From contig CM060733.1 in the NCBI GenBank assembly GCA_030704615.1, positions 60,512,001-60,576,000 on the forward strand: a DNA stretch of 64,000 bases, written 5' to 3'. The stretch is from Takakia lepidozioides (lineage: Eukaryota > Plantae > Bryophyta). A program made the position numbers and the translations under genes. Below the pieces are notes generated by a model. The model had not been told where the DNA came from. It saw only the letters and a program-made list of their open reading frames with translations, and searched no databases. Each line of letters begins with the position of its first letter. The stretch's first letter is position 1. This document shows, piece after piece, positions 11,228 through 26,111 of the stretch.

Positions 11228-14200
11228 CTAAATCAAATCAGCCACATTCATGGGCATTTCGTCGATTTGCGTGCTGTAGTACTGCTCAATGTCACGCAAT
11301 ATCCGAATGTCATCACTCCGAACAAAGTTGATTGCCACACCCTGCATTACCAGATATGCAATGTTCATGATTAGCTTTCAACCCTATAAGCATATACTAC
11401 CAGCAGTTGAGCCAGCAAACACTGAAGAGCTTGATTGATCTGACAAAGCACGCTGACTATACAAAGGTATAACTAGTTCCACATGCGACAGAGGAAGGAT
11501 ATTTTTGCATGCACAGCAGTCAACTTCACATCCTCAAGCCAAAAATGTTAGAGCAGAAAAGTAGGGAAGAACAGAGACAGTGTTGAGGGGAGCACAAAGG
11601 GGAATGAGGATGAGACACAGGATAAACTGTACACACCTTGCGGCCAAAACGGCCAGAGCGCCCAATGCGATGAATGTAGAGCTCACGGTTGTTGGGAAGA
11701 TCATAATTGATCACCAAGGACACCTGCCAACCATAGACATTATCCACACATTTAGAGGCCTTCATTCATGGTCTACAAAAGTGGCTTCAAGATTCTGATC
11801 AGTAAATGGATATGACATGCATCTGCGAGTTGGGCACTCCACACATCCAGAAAGTAGGGAATCTAATCCTAAACGCCTTAAATATTGACTTAGAAAAGCT
11901 CCCAGGAATAGATAGTACATGAAATGCATGCCCAGCACATTAAACACAGGTGACAGGAACCCACTTGTTGCACATCAAGACCGCGAGCCCAGACGTCAGT
12001 TGTAATGAGAACACGTGTGTTGCCAAGTCGAAACTCTGCCATGATAGCATCTCGCTCCTTTTGGGGCATGTCTCCGTGCATTGCTGACACAGTGAAATTA
12101 TTGCTTCGCATTTTCTCAGTTAGCCAATCCACCTGTGACAGTTAAGGTTCTCATTAGTAATACTTTTCAAAGATAACAAGCTTCTGTGTCCTTCACGAAC
12201 CTCCGACAGAGTGGGCAACCAGTGAGTGTCAGTGAAGTACTCCAACCCCCTCATTAATTGAGCATTTAGTCAGGTGTGTCCTCTACGCATACACACACTG
12301 CCACACCAAAGTTATTGGACCCCCCACAGCATGGCTCAACTCAACCTGGTTAATAGTCATTGTTCGACACATCATGAGCACTACCTGTGAGCTACAAAAC
12401 TAGAGTTCAGCATATCTAATGGAAGATCATAAATATATCACAAAGTTATGCTGGTCTTGAAGCATGTTCACAACGTGTTATAGATTACAGGGTATCTGTA
12501 ACTGCCAAGCCTTACCTTCCGTTTTGTGTTGCAAAAGATAACAGCCTGGGTGATAGTAAGGGTGTCATAGAGGTCACACAGCGTGTCGAACTTCCATTCC
12601 TCACGTTCAACAGCCACAAAAAATTGTTTGATGCCCTGTGGACAACCATACCAACAAGAAGGTTATAAGTGGTTTCCTTATCCCTAATTAAGCCAGATTC
12701 TTGATTTCCGACATGAAAGGGCATTCATATAATATCACTCAGTGGTGTTGTTACCCAATTCCTGCTCAATACAGTTGACAGTCTGTATGCTCAGATTACT
12801 AGGGAAACCCCCCCTGCTGGTGGGACCATCGATTAACATGTAGTGTGTTTCTACACATCTCACTTAACTGTCTATCTTGAAGCTCAAAGGGGGTCAATGT
12901 CTGTATTCAGACCATGCATGGATATCTGCAATATGTTCGACCATTCACCCACTGATATACTTTTGAGTATAATTAACCTTCAAGAGACCTTTGAGAATGC
13001 AACAACAGCTACTACTGGACCAAGAGCTCTTACCTCCAGGGTCAACTCATCACGCTTCACAAGAATCCGAACAGGGTCGGTCATGAACTTGTTTGTCATC
13101 TCCAGTATTTCATGTGGCAACGTTGCAGAAACCAACACCACCTGGATCCAGATACTCAGAGCTATCAGATTCAGTCCAAAAGACAAGAAGATCCAAAAAA
13201 GGGAATGTAAGGAAAACTGAGCCAAAACACCAAACCACCCTGAGATACTGAGACATCAAGCTTACAACTCAGTTGAATAAGGGAGCTCGGGTAACTAGCA
13301 AAAAGGATTACTCAGTCAGGAAAAGCCCTTAACCATTCATGGTTTGAGCTGCAAGTGTCGGTATGGCCATTGCAACGTACAATGTCTAATCATAGCTAGG
13401 GAGAAACCTCATCACACCAGAAACTTACCTGGAGCTCAGGAGGGAGGTAGCGGTACACATCATAAATCTGATCCTTAAACCCTCTGCTTAGCATTTCGTC
13501 TGACTCATCCTGGAAAACCAATCACAATAACCAACCCCTTGGTGAGAACTTTCTGTGCCAAGAGAGTGGTCCATTCATACAGATGCATGCTAAACTCTTT
13601 GGCTTCCATTCAGTAAGCTTGCTAGTTTCCAAGATATGAGAACACACACACATAGACCAAGCATAAAGAATCCACCGAGCCATAGATTGGATTTAGGAAA
13701 ACCAGGAATATAAAACACAGCTAATATCTCATATTCTTGAAATTGACTACCAAATATATAAACCTTTCATTAGCTACCTGCAATTTTTCATCTACTGCTT
13801 CACAAACATGGAGATGACTTAGACATGTGTATTGCAGACACCATCCTGGTTTGGTACTATGAGCCTCCAGTGACATTATTCACAATGTGACCTAACATTA
13901 GAGCTGCAAATAGTAGTATTTCAGCAGTACCCAACACCCAGCTGAGCTGAGTTTCAAACTTATGTTGCTTGGACTATTTCAGGCGACCAACCACCCACCT
14001 CCAAGTTGAACATGAAAGCCTAGTAGCAGAAAAACCTGAACAGCCACAAAAAACCCTAATTGGTCACAAACTTAAAAGGCAGATCAACACTCACCAGAAT
14101 GAGGAGCTTGATAGATCTCGTGCGCAGAGTCCTTCTTTTAATCATATCATAGACACGGCCAGGTGTTCCTGAGACCACATGCACACCATGCTCCAGCTTA

Positions 14201-15452
14201 CGAATGTCTTCTCCAATGCTTTTGCCCCCAATGCACGCATGTGCTTGCACATTCATGAAGTCTCCAATTGCTAAAATCACCTTCTCTGTTTGTGCTGCCA
14301 GCTCTCGTGTAGGTGACAGTATGAGCGCTTGCACCCTGCACTTATCCCATTACCACCATATCTCAAGGTTACAATCCCCAACAAGACATTGAAAGTATAC
14401 TGCATAAACCTTTCTAGCATTATCGACTGTAAGTCTATCCACATCCAATTATTCGAGGGAGTACATGTCAGGTTAGACATTGACTGAGCGATGTATTCCT
14501 GACAATAGTACCGCCATTGCCCCGGCCAAAATTCATGAAACAGAACAACAGAAAGACTAAAAACCACATCAACTTCATCCATAGGATAACCATACAGCAA
14601 GTTTAGCCTTACTCGGAGTAGCACATGACCCGAATACAGGTTTACAGGCGCCATGTCAAATAGTTGACAACTGAGCTGAGCTTCAGCCACGACGTCTTGT
14701 TTTTACAAGCCTCCCACCCTATAGCTCACCTCTCTTCCACAGTACATCTTATGTCATTTACCCTAATGTTTTCATAACTTCTAAAATCAAAACCTAGATC
14801 ATAATATAGACTCTTCACCTGACCTTTACTCTCGTCTTTGTGAAGGATAGGGCATGCAGCATAGGTACCCTTAGGATATAGCAAAGTCCACCATATGTAA
14901 TGTGCAGATTACTAATGGGACATAGACTTTAGGAGACTGGAAACTACCTGGGACGAATTTTACCTCAGCACCGGTGAAACATTTTGGAAATAGACCTTCC
15001 TTTGCAGTTGTCTGTCCCTATTTCCTAACACTAATTTGTGCTACAAAATGTATCCTGAATGTAAAGAATGATAAAGGCGAAACAATATGAGGTATGCACC
15101 ATACTAAAGAATATTTGATCATGTAGAAGAAGGTATAAGAGACATACTCGCGAGTGGTGGTGTCAATCATCTGGCAGACAGCCAACGCTATCATCGAAGT
15201 TTTTCCTGTCCCCGACTGCGCCTGTGCAATGGCATCCCGCCCACTCGTGATAGGCATCACTGCCCGCTGTTGAATGGCAGAAGGCTTCTCAAAACCGTAA
15301 GCATAGATGCCCCGCAAGAGATCCTCACGTATGCCCATCTGATCAAAGCTGGAGATGACCTCAACACCAGCACTGGTCTCAAACACAAGGTGCTCATCCT
15401 CATCCATGTCTTCACGGGCGTTCCGATGTCTAGGGCCTCCAGTGGCAGCCAT
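11228..15452 (-). CDS. EIF4A3: Eukaryotic initiation factor 4A-III (exon junction complex DEAD-box helicase), multi-exon
   Basis: [79 protein letters not shown] and C-terminal MPMNVADLI*; WARG and the LGRSG-type HRIGRSG motif fit eIF4A-III rather than eIF4A-I/II. Confidence 0.96.
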
Positions 15453-15518
15453 TGCTTCCTCCAAGATCTCCTGGAAAATTATCCCCACGCTCAGACTCAA
15501 ACTCTAGGCTTACCCACA

Positions 15519-15528
15519 AAACCCTAAA
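15519..15528 (+). promoter_or_regulatory. Telo-box (AAACCCTA) in the 5' region of eIF4A-III
   Basis: aaaccctaaa just upstream of the coding start; telo-boxes are commonly found near plant translation/RNA-processing genes. Confidence 0.35.
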
Positions 15529-16872
15529 CTCTCGAATGCAAAACTCCTACCACAATTTCCACTGAAACGCCCAAACCTCAGAGGGTCCTTTACGACCACG
15601 ACAATAACTTGACCTAAAGTGCAACAATCGCAGTCAATCTCCAGACCCCAACTCAAACCCAACAACTGCCTACTCGTCTCCCTCCAAAAACCGCTAACAA
15701 GTCAGACGACGTAGAACTGAACGGAAGAGAGTAAAACTCACGAAAAACTTGCATCTCCAGACACCAACCCAATCACAACAGCGAGATGCCTACGCAATGT
15801 CTCACGGAAATCATTCCAAGGTCGGAAAACCCTCCAAAATCCCACACCCATTGCTTGGGCTTTAAAGTTAGGTTAGTGTGGGGAAAAGGAAAGGAGACTA
15901 ATAAGGTGAAGGGAGCGGGGGGAGAGGTCCTTACCAAAGTTCAACTGATAGTCTCCGGCGTGATCACCAAGCGGGAGACAGATGCCAGGAAAACCTCCAC
16001 TACGACAGAGCGGCTATGCAGGCGGCCGCTCGAACACTCCGCGCATCTACTTCTCTCAGAAACCTTCAAAGATTCTGTACTATACCCTTGTAGTAGGATA
16101 GGAGGCCAACTGCAAGGTCACACAGCACTGTAGAAAGCTCCGATCTTGTCGCGCACATTCACAAGACAAGGCCCCCCCCACATCAGCCTGCCATCTCTTT
16201 TGCTCTTTATATGCTATCCCTTGTGTCCGCGTCGAGGCGGCAGTTTCACAGATCCGATGGTCCAGATCATCTCACCTCCTACGTTTTCTCAGTCGTAACA
16301 TGACACCCGATTTAGGTTAGCAGTTTCCAAAAATACTCGGGCTTATCGAGGACAAAAGTTGAAGTTAAAGGCAAAGTAAAGTAAAGTTTGTTTAACGTCC
16401 AGTGAATTTACAGAACATTTTCTTCCCTTTATCCCCTGAAGATTGTTTGACCAAAAGGTTCAATCCCTTTTTCTTTTTTTTTCTTTTTCTAAAAATTGGC
16501 AACCCAAAAAGAGAAAAAAGGTTTGCAGCCCGGGTCTGCTCCACTTTGGTTTGAGTCCATCATATCCTGCACAAGTAGCAAAAGCTCTACAGAGCAACAT
16601 GGAAGAACAGATGAGAGAAGACTGGAGCATGAGAGTCGGCCTCAAGAGGACAAGACAATTGAGGAAAGGTGACCATAAGTGGGATTCGAATGACCAAACT
16701 GGGTTGGGGCTTTGATCTGACGCTACTGTAGATAGTTCGACTCCCCTACAGTAATTTGATGTGTGCCAGAGGTTGCTGGCATTGGGTAAGGAAGTAGGAT
16801 AGTGGAGGAACACAACTTTGCCATTTGGATTAATCAGTTGACTGCTATGGTAACTTGCGTCCCATCGTCACT

Positions 16873-19800
16873 TCAAGTCAAGCTCCATTCAAAGACCTTC
16901 ACAGGAGGTCCAAAGCCTGTTAACAAAACTTTCATTGATGCTGCTGCTTCCTTGTTCTTAGCCATCAATATAGCAAAACCCCCACCACCGGCACCGACAA
17001 GCTTGTGCCCACAGCTCAAGTGAGCAACACTTTTGAACAAAGAATCGACAAACAAATTGCTGCAGTCTGGATCAAGCTCTTGATGTAGCAACCATGCCTC
17101 CGCCATGATATTCCCCACAGCATCCAAGTCATGAGAAGCAAAAGCTGCTTGTCCGAATTTGGCCAAGGAGGCCAGACGCTTAATGGCGGAAATCAGTCGG
17201 GTGTCCCGTTGTAGGTAGCGGCGTACCACTTTCTGTAACACTGTGTGGGCAAGCCTCACCTTTACACCCCAAAGCCCATCTACCAAATTTAGCATGATTT
17301 GCCCATGACTGCAGTGTTTCAGCATTTGTCTCTTTCACTCCCCCTCCCCCTCCCCACACCAAGGCCTTCTACTCTTTGTGCTTTTTCAACAGTCTCTGTC
17401 CAACTATCTGTCTCATAATCTACCGTTCTCCTATTCAGTCCCCTTTCTCATGCTGCAGAACATGTGGGGCTACTGTAAACAAAATAGACTCAATCACTGC
17501 TATTGATGATTAATCTCTTTCTTCTTTGTTTCAATCTCACAAATATATATAGACCCCAGCCTGTCCACTGAGGACACCACCACAGCTGGTTGTCAAGGCA
17601 GGTGCTACTGATCTGGTTCCCCCTGAAACCAATCTTCTCTAATATAAACATGCAGACATGTGCCGCCACCTACCTGGTCACAAGTTACATGTGGGAGCCG
17701 TACCACAATGCCGTGCTTCCATGGGATTACGAAAAGGTTATGCCAAGTGGAAAACTTAACACGCTCTCAGCTGTTTTGACTGGACGCATTCTGATAGAGA
17801 TGTCCTGCCTGTGTAAGCTCACAGACAGATGTGGCCTTGCATTGGAACTTCACCCAATACAAGAGTACTGTTTGACTGTAGCTCTTGGGTTGTTCACAGC
17901 AACTTCATCAAGGCCCCAAAATTTCCACACTGTTCATCTAATTCCAACCCAACAGGACACTCATTTAGTTTTCATATCTGTACCTGGCCAGTGAAAACCA
18001 CAACCATGCGCTCCTCCAGCAATGCTCTCAAGGGGGAGCCCACAGGAATAGACTCTACATTCCATCTCAGGGGCCTGCCTGGGAAACTTGTAGTGCATTT
18101 GATGCCTGGGTAAACCCCACCAATCTGGTCTTGCCACCCGCCCCCAGTGCCCATCAGCTGTTCTAGAACAAATACAAGGCGTACCACAGTCTCAGGCGCT
18201 TCATCTCCCCCCTTAGCTCGCAGAAGCCCTTTGACTACAGCAGCAGCTAGGATGCTAGATACCCCTAGTCCACTACCCCGGGGCACATTTGACCAGGTCC
18301 GTATCTCTAGGCCTCCTAACATTGGACTAACATCCCAAGAATTTTGACCCCCATATCCTGTCACGATGAGGGCAGCTTTTACCAAGCGAAATGGATCATC
18401 TGCCTGGAAAGGAGGGGAGAGAGCTACAGCATCAATTCTGGCCATATGGCCAGCATCATCGCTCACAAAAACTCCCGAACTTGAGGGCTTGACCACTATT
18501 TCAGCACCAAGTGGAGAGCAACCCTCCAGATGCACAGCCATGTTGAGCACACACCCAGAGCGCTCCAGGCTCCAGGGAGGAGTGTCGCTCCATCCCCCCA
18601 CAATATCTAGGCGCACTGGCAGCTCCACTGTAACAGATCGTACTGAGGTAGAGAGTAAGATCGGATGACAGATACCCTCATTCTTCAGCTTTAAGACCTC
18701 TCTTTCAACAGCATTCACCTTCCCCACTGCAAAGTTGGACAGCTGCATACGTCAAAACTCATTTTGCAACATACTTATCTTCTGGGTGCACCATGGCCAG
18801 CCTTCTTACCATCAGAAAAACACCATCCATCCCTCCTTATGGCAATGATCAATGAAGGATTGGAAGGAAGGTCCTTACCCACGTCATCCTGCACTGCAGC
18901 AGCTGAAGTCTCAGCAGCAACTGACCGCCAAACCTTCTTTTCAGCATCCACTGAAGCTATCTCATCCCCACATGCTTTGTAAATGTCCGCTTGCACTTGA
19001 TATGCCCGGCTAGCTGGTAACTGGAGAAAACACCCACCCCCTGGTTCTGGACATTGTGACAATAAATCATGGCATATCTCAACTCCCGAGTCTTTATTTG
19101 CTAGCATAATTCCTTGGCAAAGTTGGGCTACATTGCGACCCATGAACCCACAATTGATGCTTGCCTGAGCAAACCCGGATGCCAACCTGGCATGATGCTC
19201 CCTAGTTTCGCAATACATTTGCTTGAAATCAATGCAGCCATGGAGATCTGCCAGGCTGACTCGCTTGTTGGCACGCCACAGGCCACATATGTGCTCAGCG
19301 GTGTCCTTTAAACCAATGCCCATCAACCACATACTAAAGTCAATCCCTTCTCCAGGGGGTACCACTGGGAAAAGCCTTGCATGCCACAAATCATCCTGGG
19401 AATTTCCTTTTCCAGCCCAGTCCCAAAGGTCCTCATATCGAATGCCTCGCTCAGACAAAAACCTGCTCCATGATTTACCACAGAAAGTTCCCCCTTTGAC
19501 TGCTGGCAACTTTGGGTCATCATCTATGCCACAACAGACTATCACACGGGCAGCCTCTGATCGGTCCAGGTGGCTAGAACCAGTCAAAGGAACCGCCCAC
19601 AGGCAGCGACCGTTGGGCACTACAAGAGGACGTTGGGGAGCACTGGCTGGCCTGCAACTCAGTTTCCTCTCTCCTGATTGGTCCTGGACATGGAGACCCA
19701 TGGCCACACACCGTGATCCAATTTGAACTCCTTGTCCAAGAGTGCAATCAAACAGAAAGCTGCCCTCCCCTACTGACACGCCACCCGAGACATCGCAGCC

Positions 19801-22667
19801 AATAAGGACTGCTGACGGTGCCACCTCACAGGATGTGGCACTTGCTACAGCACTGAAGTGTTGTCTTGTTACTCGTTCTCCATGGTCTTCAGCAAGATGG
19901 TCCAGGACTTCACTGGATGTTCCAAAATGAAGGAAGGCTAACTCTCCTGAAGACCACGTGTAAGTGTTAAGAGAGACAATTACAATTGAGGAGAGAACAA
20001 AAAAGGGAACATGGGTCGTAACAGAAGACAGAAGAGCGGTCCAGCCTGTAGACACCCGAAGTGACACAGGCTGGTCAGAAGTTTGGGTCCAAGATGATCA
20101 ATGAACAAAGGGAGCGAAGTCAAAGTTAGGATTTCTATGCAGAATCAAAGAGGGAAAAGATACTGGGAAAATAAAATTTAAGGAAAAAGAAAATGGTAGT
20201 GAGAATGCCCGATGACTATGTACGAGTGCAACAATGGTACAGTCTGCTGGACCCCAGTGCACCAATCAGCTGCTTGCCAAGTGGGCGTGACTCTAGCCAT
20301 CTGTGCCGTGAAGGCACCCATGCCCCTGCCACCTCCTCATACAAGCTCACCTGTATTGCCACTGACTACAGTTATATACAGATAAATGTGAAAAAACACG
20401 TCCCTGCCCCTATGGGGTAGAGGCTTCGTGATCCTAAAGAATCAAATACCCTGTTTGTCCTTCTTGAAGCGTCAAAGCCTAGCAGCTAAAGTGGTGTCAA
20501 AATTCTTCTATGATTGCTTACTTAGTCCAGCTACCATTTCTTTGCGGACAGCAGGGGAAGAGAGGAAAGGGGCTAAAGGGGAAAATACAGACATAAATCG
20601 GCAAACTGACTCACCCAACGCGGGATACTCTCAGACAAAGAGAGAGGTAGGAAAGAGATACGGAGAGCCCACCCACTTCTTCTCTTTCAGCAACAATATC
20701 AGTCAGGGGGTTTGGATCTGCAAGTGCCAACCCAACCAGATCATTCCAAGCTGCTCCCCGCACAGCAAAGATTCCAGTATCCAACAGTGCCATGCCAGCA
20801 GAACTGACAGCCCCCCTCTTCATCATGTCCTCGACACTAGGCTTCTGCAATAGGTCTTCAACCAGGACTGGTCTCACAGGCTCCTCTTCACCCTCCTGGC
20901 CTTGAAGTTTCAGGATTGTGTTCCCATTAAATGGAAGATATGGCTTTTTCTCACTGGCGCAGGATAGTATAACACCATGCTTGCTGGCTGTAGCTAATGC
21001 TGTAGGCACTGTAACCACACAGGCCCCACTTTCAGGGAGAGAAAGGGTGGAGGCGTCAAAACAAGGGAGCACGTCGCCAGTCATTATCAATAGCCCCCCT
21101 GCACAAAATGAGGCCAAAAGTTTCAGTGGATGAAGCCCTTACATATGATGGGGAAGAGATCTTTGATGTAGTAGTTCGAGCCGCTGTTTCCAACTCATGA
21201 AGTACTATGCACTGCACAATTAATGACCGGTATTTCAATATATACTAGAGATCAAGATAAGATCCAAACAGTTTGAGAAACTTGTGTAGGTTTCTGCAGA
21301 GTGAGTGGCAAGGGATACGCTACAATCGCATTGATCCATTCTCTCCTTCAGAGACTCTGCACAAAGTTTTTTGGACAAGTTTGTCAAATGAAAGAGAAAG
21401 ATGTCCGTCTATTAGCAAGTGAGGTCACTTTGTTAGAACTCAAAAACCCCAACAGCCAGAAAATCATGTGAGGTGAAAGAGAGTAAAGCAAACCACCAAG
21501 CATACTTTTAAGACTTCAACGTCTAATTATCACCTTTATTGGCGAAAGCTTGGAGCGCACGTGCAGAGATGGCAAGAATATGGTCGAAAAGGGTCATGAT
21601 TGGTCCGTCAGGGTCCTCCCCAGCCAAGAATGGTAATGGTATGAAAGCTTTGCCTATGGGATTTGCCCATGGCACCCGTTTGGAATCACCTCCGGTATGG
21701 AGCAACAAAACTCGCATCCCTGTTATCGACCCCTCCTGATTGGCCAATCCAGTTGCCTGTGGTGGCCATTGTTTTGTTGCTGGAAAGGCCTGGGTCTCCT
21801 GCTTCAATTTCTTTCATGGATGAGCTTCATGAGGTACTTCATTCACAACAATGTTGCACAGCCTTCAGTTTTTGATGATTCAACATATACAGAAACGCAG
21901 ATAGCTATTTGTAGTACGAAAGATCAATACTCAACAAATAGATCACTAAGATATGGCAGATGCGCTAATAAATTGATCAGAAAAAAATCCAACCCAATGC
22001 AAGTAATTCAGATGACCAGTGAGTGAGCTGCGAGGATGCAAGATCATTTCTTGAGAAGCACCCTACATATATGGGTGCAAGTAAATAACAATCAAAGAAT
22101 ATTAACAAAGTGTAAACCCAATCAATGTTAGTGGATCTGTGATTGTTACTACTGCCACCAATCTGTATGGTTAATTCCTGGGAAACAACTGCAAAGGGAT
22201 TTGTGCTGCAAGTTACCATTTACAACAACCTAAACCTCGCTAGTGTGTACAATTAGCACATACCGTGCTCAACAAAGATTTGGCATTAAAGAATCGACAA
22301 AACAAACAGCTAGTCTTCACGTACGTCATCCAAGGCACTATGGTGTGTGACTTACTCCACCTCGGGAAAGCGAAAGATGACAAGCGAGACCCCGTATAGC
22401 ACAGAGTGTCGCTCCTCCTGATCCAATTCGGTGGCCTTGGGGATCAGGAACTGCCAATACCACAGTGCTGGCAGCAATTGTCCCCTTCAACTGGGCTTGC
22501 TCTAGCCGCCACTGAAACAAGTTCGCTTGTGCCGGGCTCGCAGCTGTCAAAACAATCGCATCCCATGTGGGCACCCGGGACGGGCATCTTACCGACAGAC
22601 GAAGGACACTCCATGCCTCCGATAAAATATCTAACGGATCGCGGTTGGAGCTCCTGTAAGGCGCCAT
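16873..22667 (-). CDS. FKGP: Bifunctional L-fucokinase / fucose-1-phosphate guanylyltransferase, multi-exon
   Basis: LRLSVRCPSRVPTWDAIVLTAASP, RIGSGGATL, LLLHTGGDSKRVPWANPIGK, FLHFGTSSEVL, GHMP-kinase motifs PVRLDIVGGWSDTPPW, PRGSGLGVSS, GTGGGWQDQIGG, KLVGAGGGGF. Confidence 0.95.
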
Positions 22668-24052
22668 TGTCGCCAACAATGCAATCAAAAAATTCTTTCT
22701 TCGCAAATGCTTCCACCTTCAAAGAAAATTACATTCAAATACAGAAATCTTCCGACCAAATGCAGATCCTCGCAGATACAGAACCCTCCACCTTGAGCTG
22801 ATTATCCTCTACCTCCAAATCTCCAAGCAATGCTTCACCACTCCCACTGCACAACCAATTCCTGAGCTACAAATCACAATTCTCCTACCTCCCAAGCGAT
22901 CCAGACCAAGAATCCCTCAAAAACACAACACACTCACATCCCTCGGGACGATCGATGCTCACATCTCCACTGCAGTCCAGTCCTCGCATATTCACTTGGC
23001 TATACTCCTACTGTATATCTATACGAATGGCTATACATCCTCTGCGTATACATACAAATGACTATATATTTTCCCACCAATCGGGGCCTAGCAGCCGAAA
23101 TATATTAATTAATTAATTATTCTAATTCGGCTGTCTCAAAAACTTCCAAGACATTAAATATTAATAACGTAAAATATATTTTATATACTAAAAATTAGTA
23201 TATATCTATTTATTTATGGAATCTTTACAAAAAATCAGCGCGGATGATAATGACTCGGGGGAAAAAAGTGTATAGTTTCTGTCGTAAGCTTCTACCCCCT
23301 TTTAATTTAAAAGAAAAGAAAAAGAAAAAAACGCTCGTACGGTGTAAGTACGCAGCAGTAAGGTTGCTACTTGTTACCTCAGGGATTCTGCGGTCGAATC
23401 CCACTGCCATGGTCTCCGAGTCGCTTGCTGCTACATTACTGACTAATTTGTAGGAGTACAGCAATGTTTAAATATATGGAGAGTACCTAAAAGGCTGGAG
23501 TCATGGATGCCTTGCCTGCCGTACCTAACTTACTACTTGGCTTACTAGCAGGGAGAAAGCTAACTAGTAACAGTTAAATTTCTCTTTTACTAGCTGCTTA
23601 CAGTACATGTTACTTACTATTTTTAACTTTGTACTTATGCTTCGTGTAGAAGCCTTTGGAATCTGGATGCAACCGTTCGATCTAAGATCGGACAGCTATG
23701 CGGGACGTACTAGACCGCAGGGTCAGGTAAAATAGTAACCCAAAAGGAACTACGCTTTTTGACTAACCGATAAGGACTCCTCACGCGGAGCACCTACTCA
23801 AGTGATACGCAGTTGCGCTTATCACCCAGTTACTAATCATGCCAAAACTTATCCGTGTATGATTATCTTTATTTTATGTCGATAGGTGGTAGTGATAAGT
23901 GGTAGTGATAAGTGGTGAAAAAGGAGGTTTCGCCAGCGTGTTCTGGAAGTTACGCCAGGGACGGAGAATTATAGGGCGAGGCTTAATACGGCGGCGAAAC
24001 TAGATACGTGAGGCGAGGGCGAGTGATAAGCACGCGGCGAGGGGGAGGGGGG

Positions 24053-24061
24053 CTATAAAAG
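24053..24061 (+). promoter_or_regulatory. Candidate TATA box of the INTS3 transcription unit (divergent from FKGP)
   Basis: ctataaaag in a GC-rich context, followed by a GA-rich leader and a GT donor at 24233. Confidence 0.45.
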
Positions 24062-25091
24062 GGCGGTGGAGGCCAAGGGCTCGTCACTCCCGACTCTGCG
24101 AGAGCGGGAGAGAGACAGAGAGACGCAGCGACGCATGCGCACGGATTCGACATGCGGCTATGGCCAAGAAGAAGAAGGCGCCTCTGCAAGCCTTGGCAGC
24201 CCGTGCTCCCACTCCGTCTCTGCGTTCTTGTGGTATTTGTCGCAATCCCGTGTTTTTCGGCATTTTTTAGATTTTCTTGCTGAAATTCTGCTGTGGAGAT
24301 TTTTGCTGTGGATTGCATCGGTGATGGAAGGTGTTGAGAGGTTCCGTGGTTCTTTGATGGCAAAATTTTTGTGTCCCCTTCCCCCTTCCTCCGGCTGCTG
24401 CCATCTTTCTTGGCTGTTGTCTGTTGGTCGTTTTGTATTTCTTCCTCGCCGATTTTATATCACGTTTCTGCTTTTAATCTTGACAAATTATCCGGAAATT
24501 CCTTCTTGGTAGATTTTCGATGTGTTTTCTCCCTCTTCGCACCATTTTCGTCTCCTGGTGCACTCCCTTCTCCTGTTTTCTTTTTCCCGTTCAGAATGTA
24601 CTGACAAGTGATATGCTGCAACTTGCATCCTCGGTGTGGGAGTTCTTTTTGTTTTTTATTTTTTTCAGTTTTAGCCTTCTTGATGTGTGCACCAATGCTG
24701 GATGGTACGGAAGGCTAAAAGGTTGTACCGTGTTGTAGATTTACAGAGAATTGCCCAACTTTTGTTGAAAGGTTTTGGCCCAATTAGCTTTGCACGGCAC
24801 ATTGGCACATTGGCTGTACTGATTATTCTCTTTAATTCCACATCTTTTGGGGAATGATTTAGGGCTAGGGTTTTGGTGACATTGGATCTAAGTGTTTGGC
24901 ATGTTCAAATTTGTACGAGAGGTGTTGTGTGGATGTTTTCAAACTTGTGGTGTATGCGAAATGTGTTTTGCATTCTTCCTGGATTCCTGCAAAACTTGTT
25001 AAAATTTGAAGACTGTACCCCTGCTTTTCACACCGGTGACAAACATCCAGTAAGAAGGAGGGAGGAGAAAGATAGATGAGGGCAGATGGAA

Positions 25092-26111
25092 AGAATGTAC
25101 TCATAAGACGGTTTTTATCGTAGCCTTGTGGCCATTGACCCCTCGCCCAGTTTGAGCAGAACACAAAGGGACGGAACGTACCTTTGTCGGGGGCTGACGC
25201 CGGTAGTAAGACTTATCTTGTAAACAATTGACCAGGTTTTCCAGATATCCTCTAGAAATTCCCTTTACACAAGCATCAACCTGCTGTGTGTGGCTTGCCC
25301 AATAACTAGGCCCCAAAAGGGCCTGGGCTTTTGGTTCAGCCTCGAGACTTTCACAGTTGGTAAACAGAGGTACAGGCACAATTCCCTGGATAGATTTGAA
25401 GAGAGCGTCTCTCTGGTGAGAGATCCCCGGACAATGAATCATGAAATGAATATTATCTTCAGGTTGCCCACACAACAGGCAATTGCACTCTCGCTTTCCT
25501 CTCTGCTTCTGTTTGCTGTTCAAAGGTTCTAGAGGTTGTTTCCTCGAAGGCCAAGCTTGCTTTCTGTGAAACAGGGGCTGTGTGGATCATATCTTCACTT
25601 TAAGCCAAATTATCCAGGGAAGGAGAAAAGAAGGGAAACCCACTTTTCTTCTTTTCTTGGATGTCAAAAAGGCTGATGACACAGTGTGGAGAGACGGTCT
25701 ATGGCTCCGACTCTGGTCATGTGGGATCAAGGGGAAGATGTGGAGAGTGGTCCACACCTTGTATGCTCACACCAAAAGTTGTGTCACTGTTAATGGACAG
25801 AAGTCTAACTTCTTTGACATAGATCAAGGTGTAGCTCAAGGACGTACACGAGTAGAAGAGATTCTCAAGGATCTGAATCTTAGCCCGCAAGTGTTGTCCC
25901 TGCGGGATAAATCTGACTTAGAGGCTGTAGTCTCCAAAGCCATGTCTGTTGCCAGGAAGTTGTCTGATGAGAATGAAGTTAGGCAGAAAACTTCCGTTAA
26001 CTTGTTTCCGCTCTGTGACATGGGGGAGGACATCATGGATGAACTCAAGGGTCTACCCACTCTTGGCACTAGACTGAAATCTAAACTCAGGGCGGGAAGC
26101 CTACCTTTGAA
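25092..26111 (-). mobile_element. LINE family A insertion with inverted 5' segment and 9-bp TSD
   Basis: 3' part on minus strand (~25092-25526), upstream RT part on plus strand (~25527-26114: DHIFTL, FLDVKKADDTVWRDGLW, GVAQG); cagatggaa at 25083-25091 and 26112-26120. Confidence 0.9.
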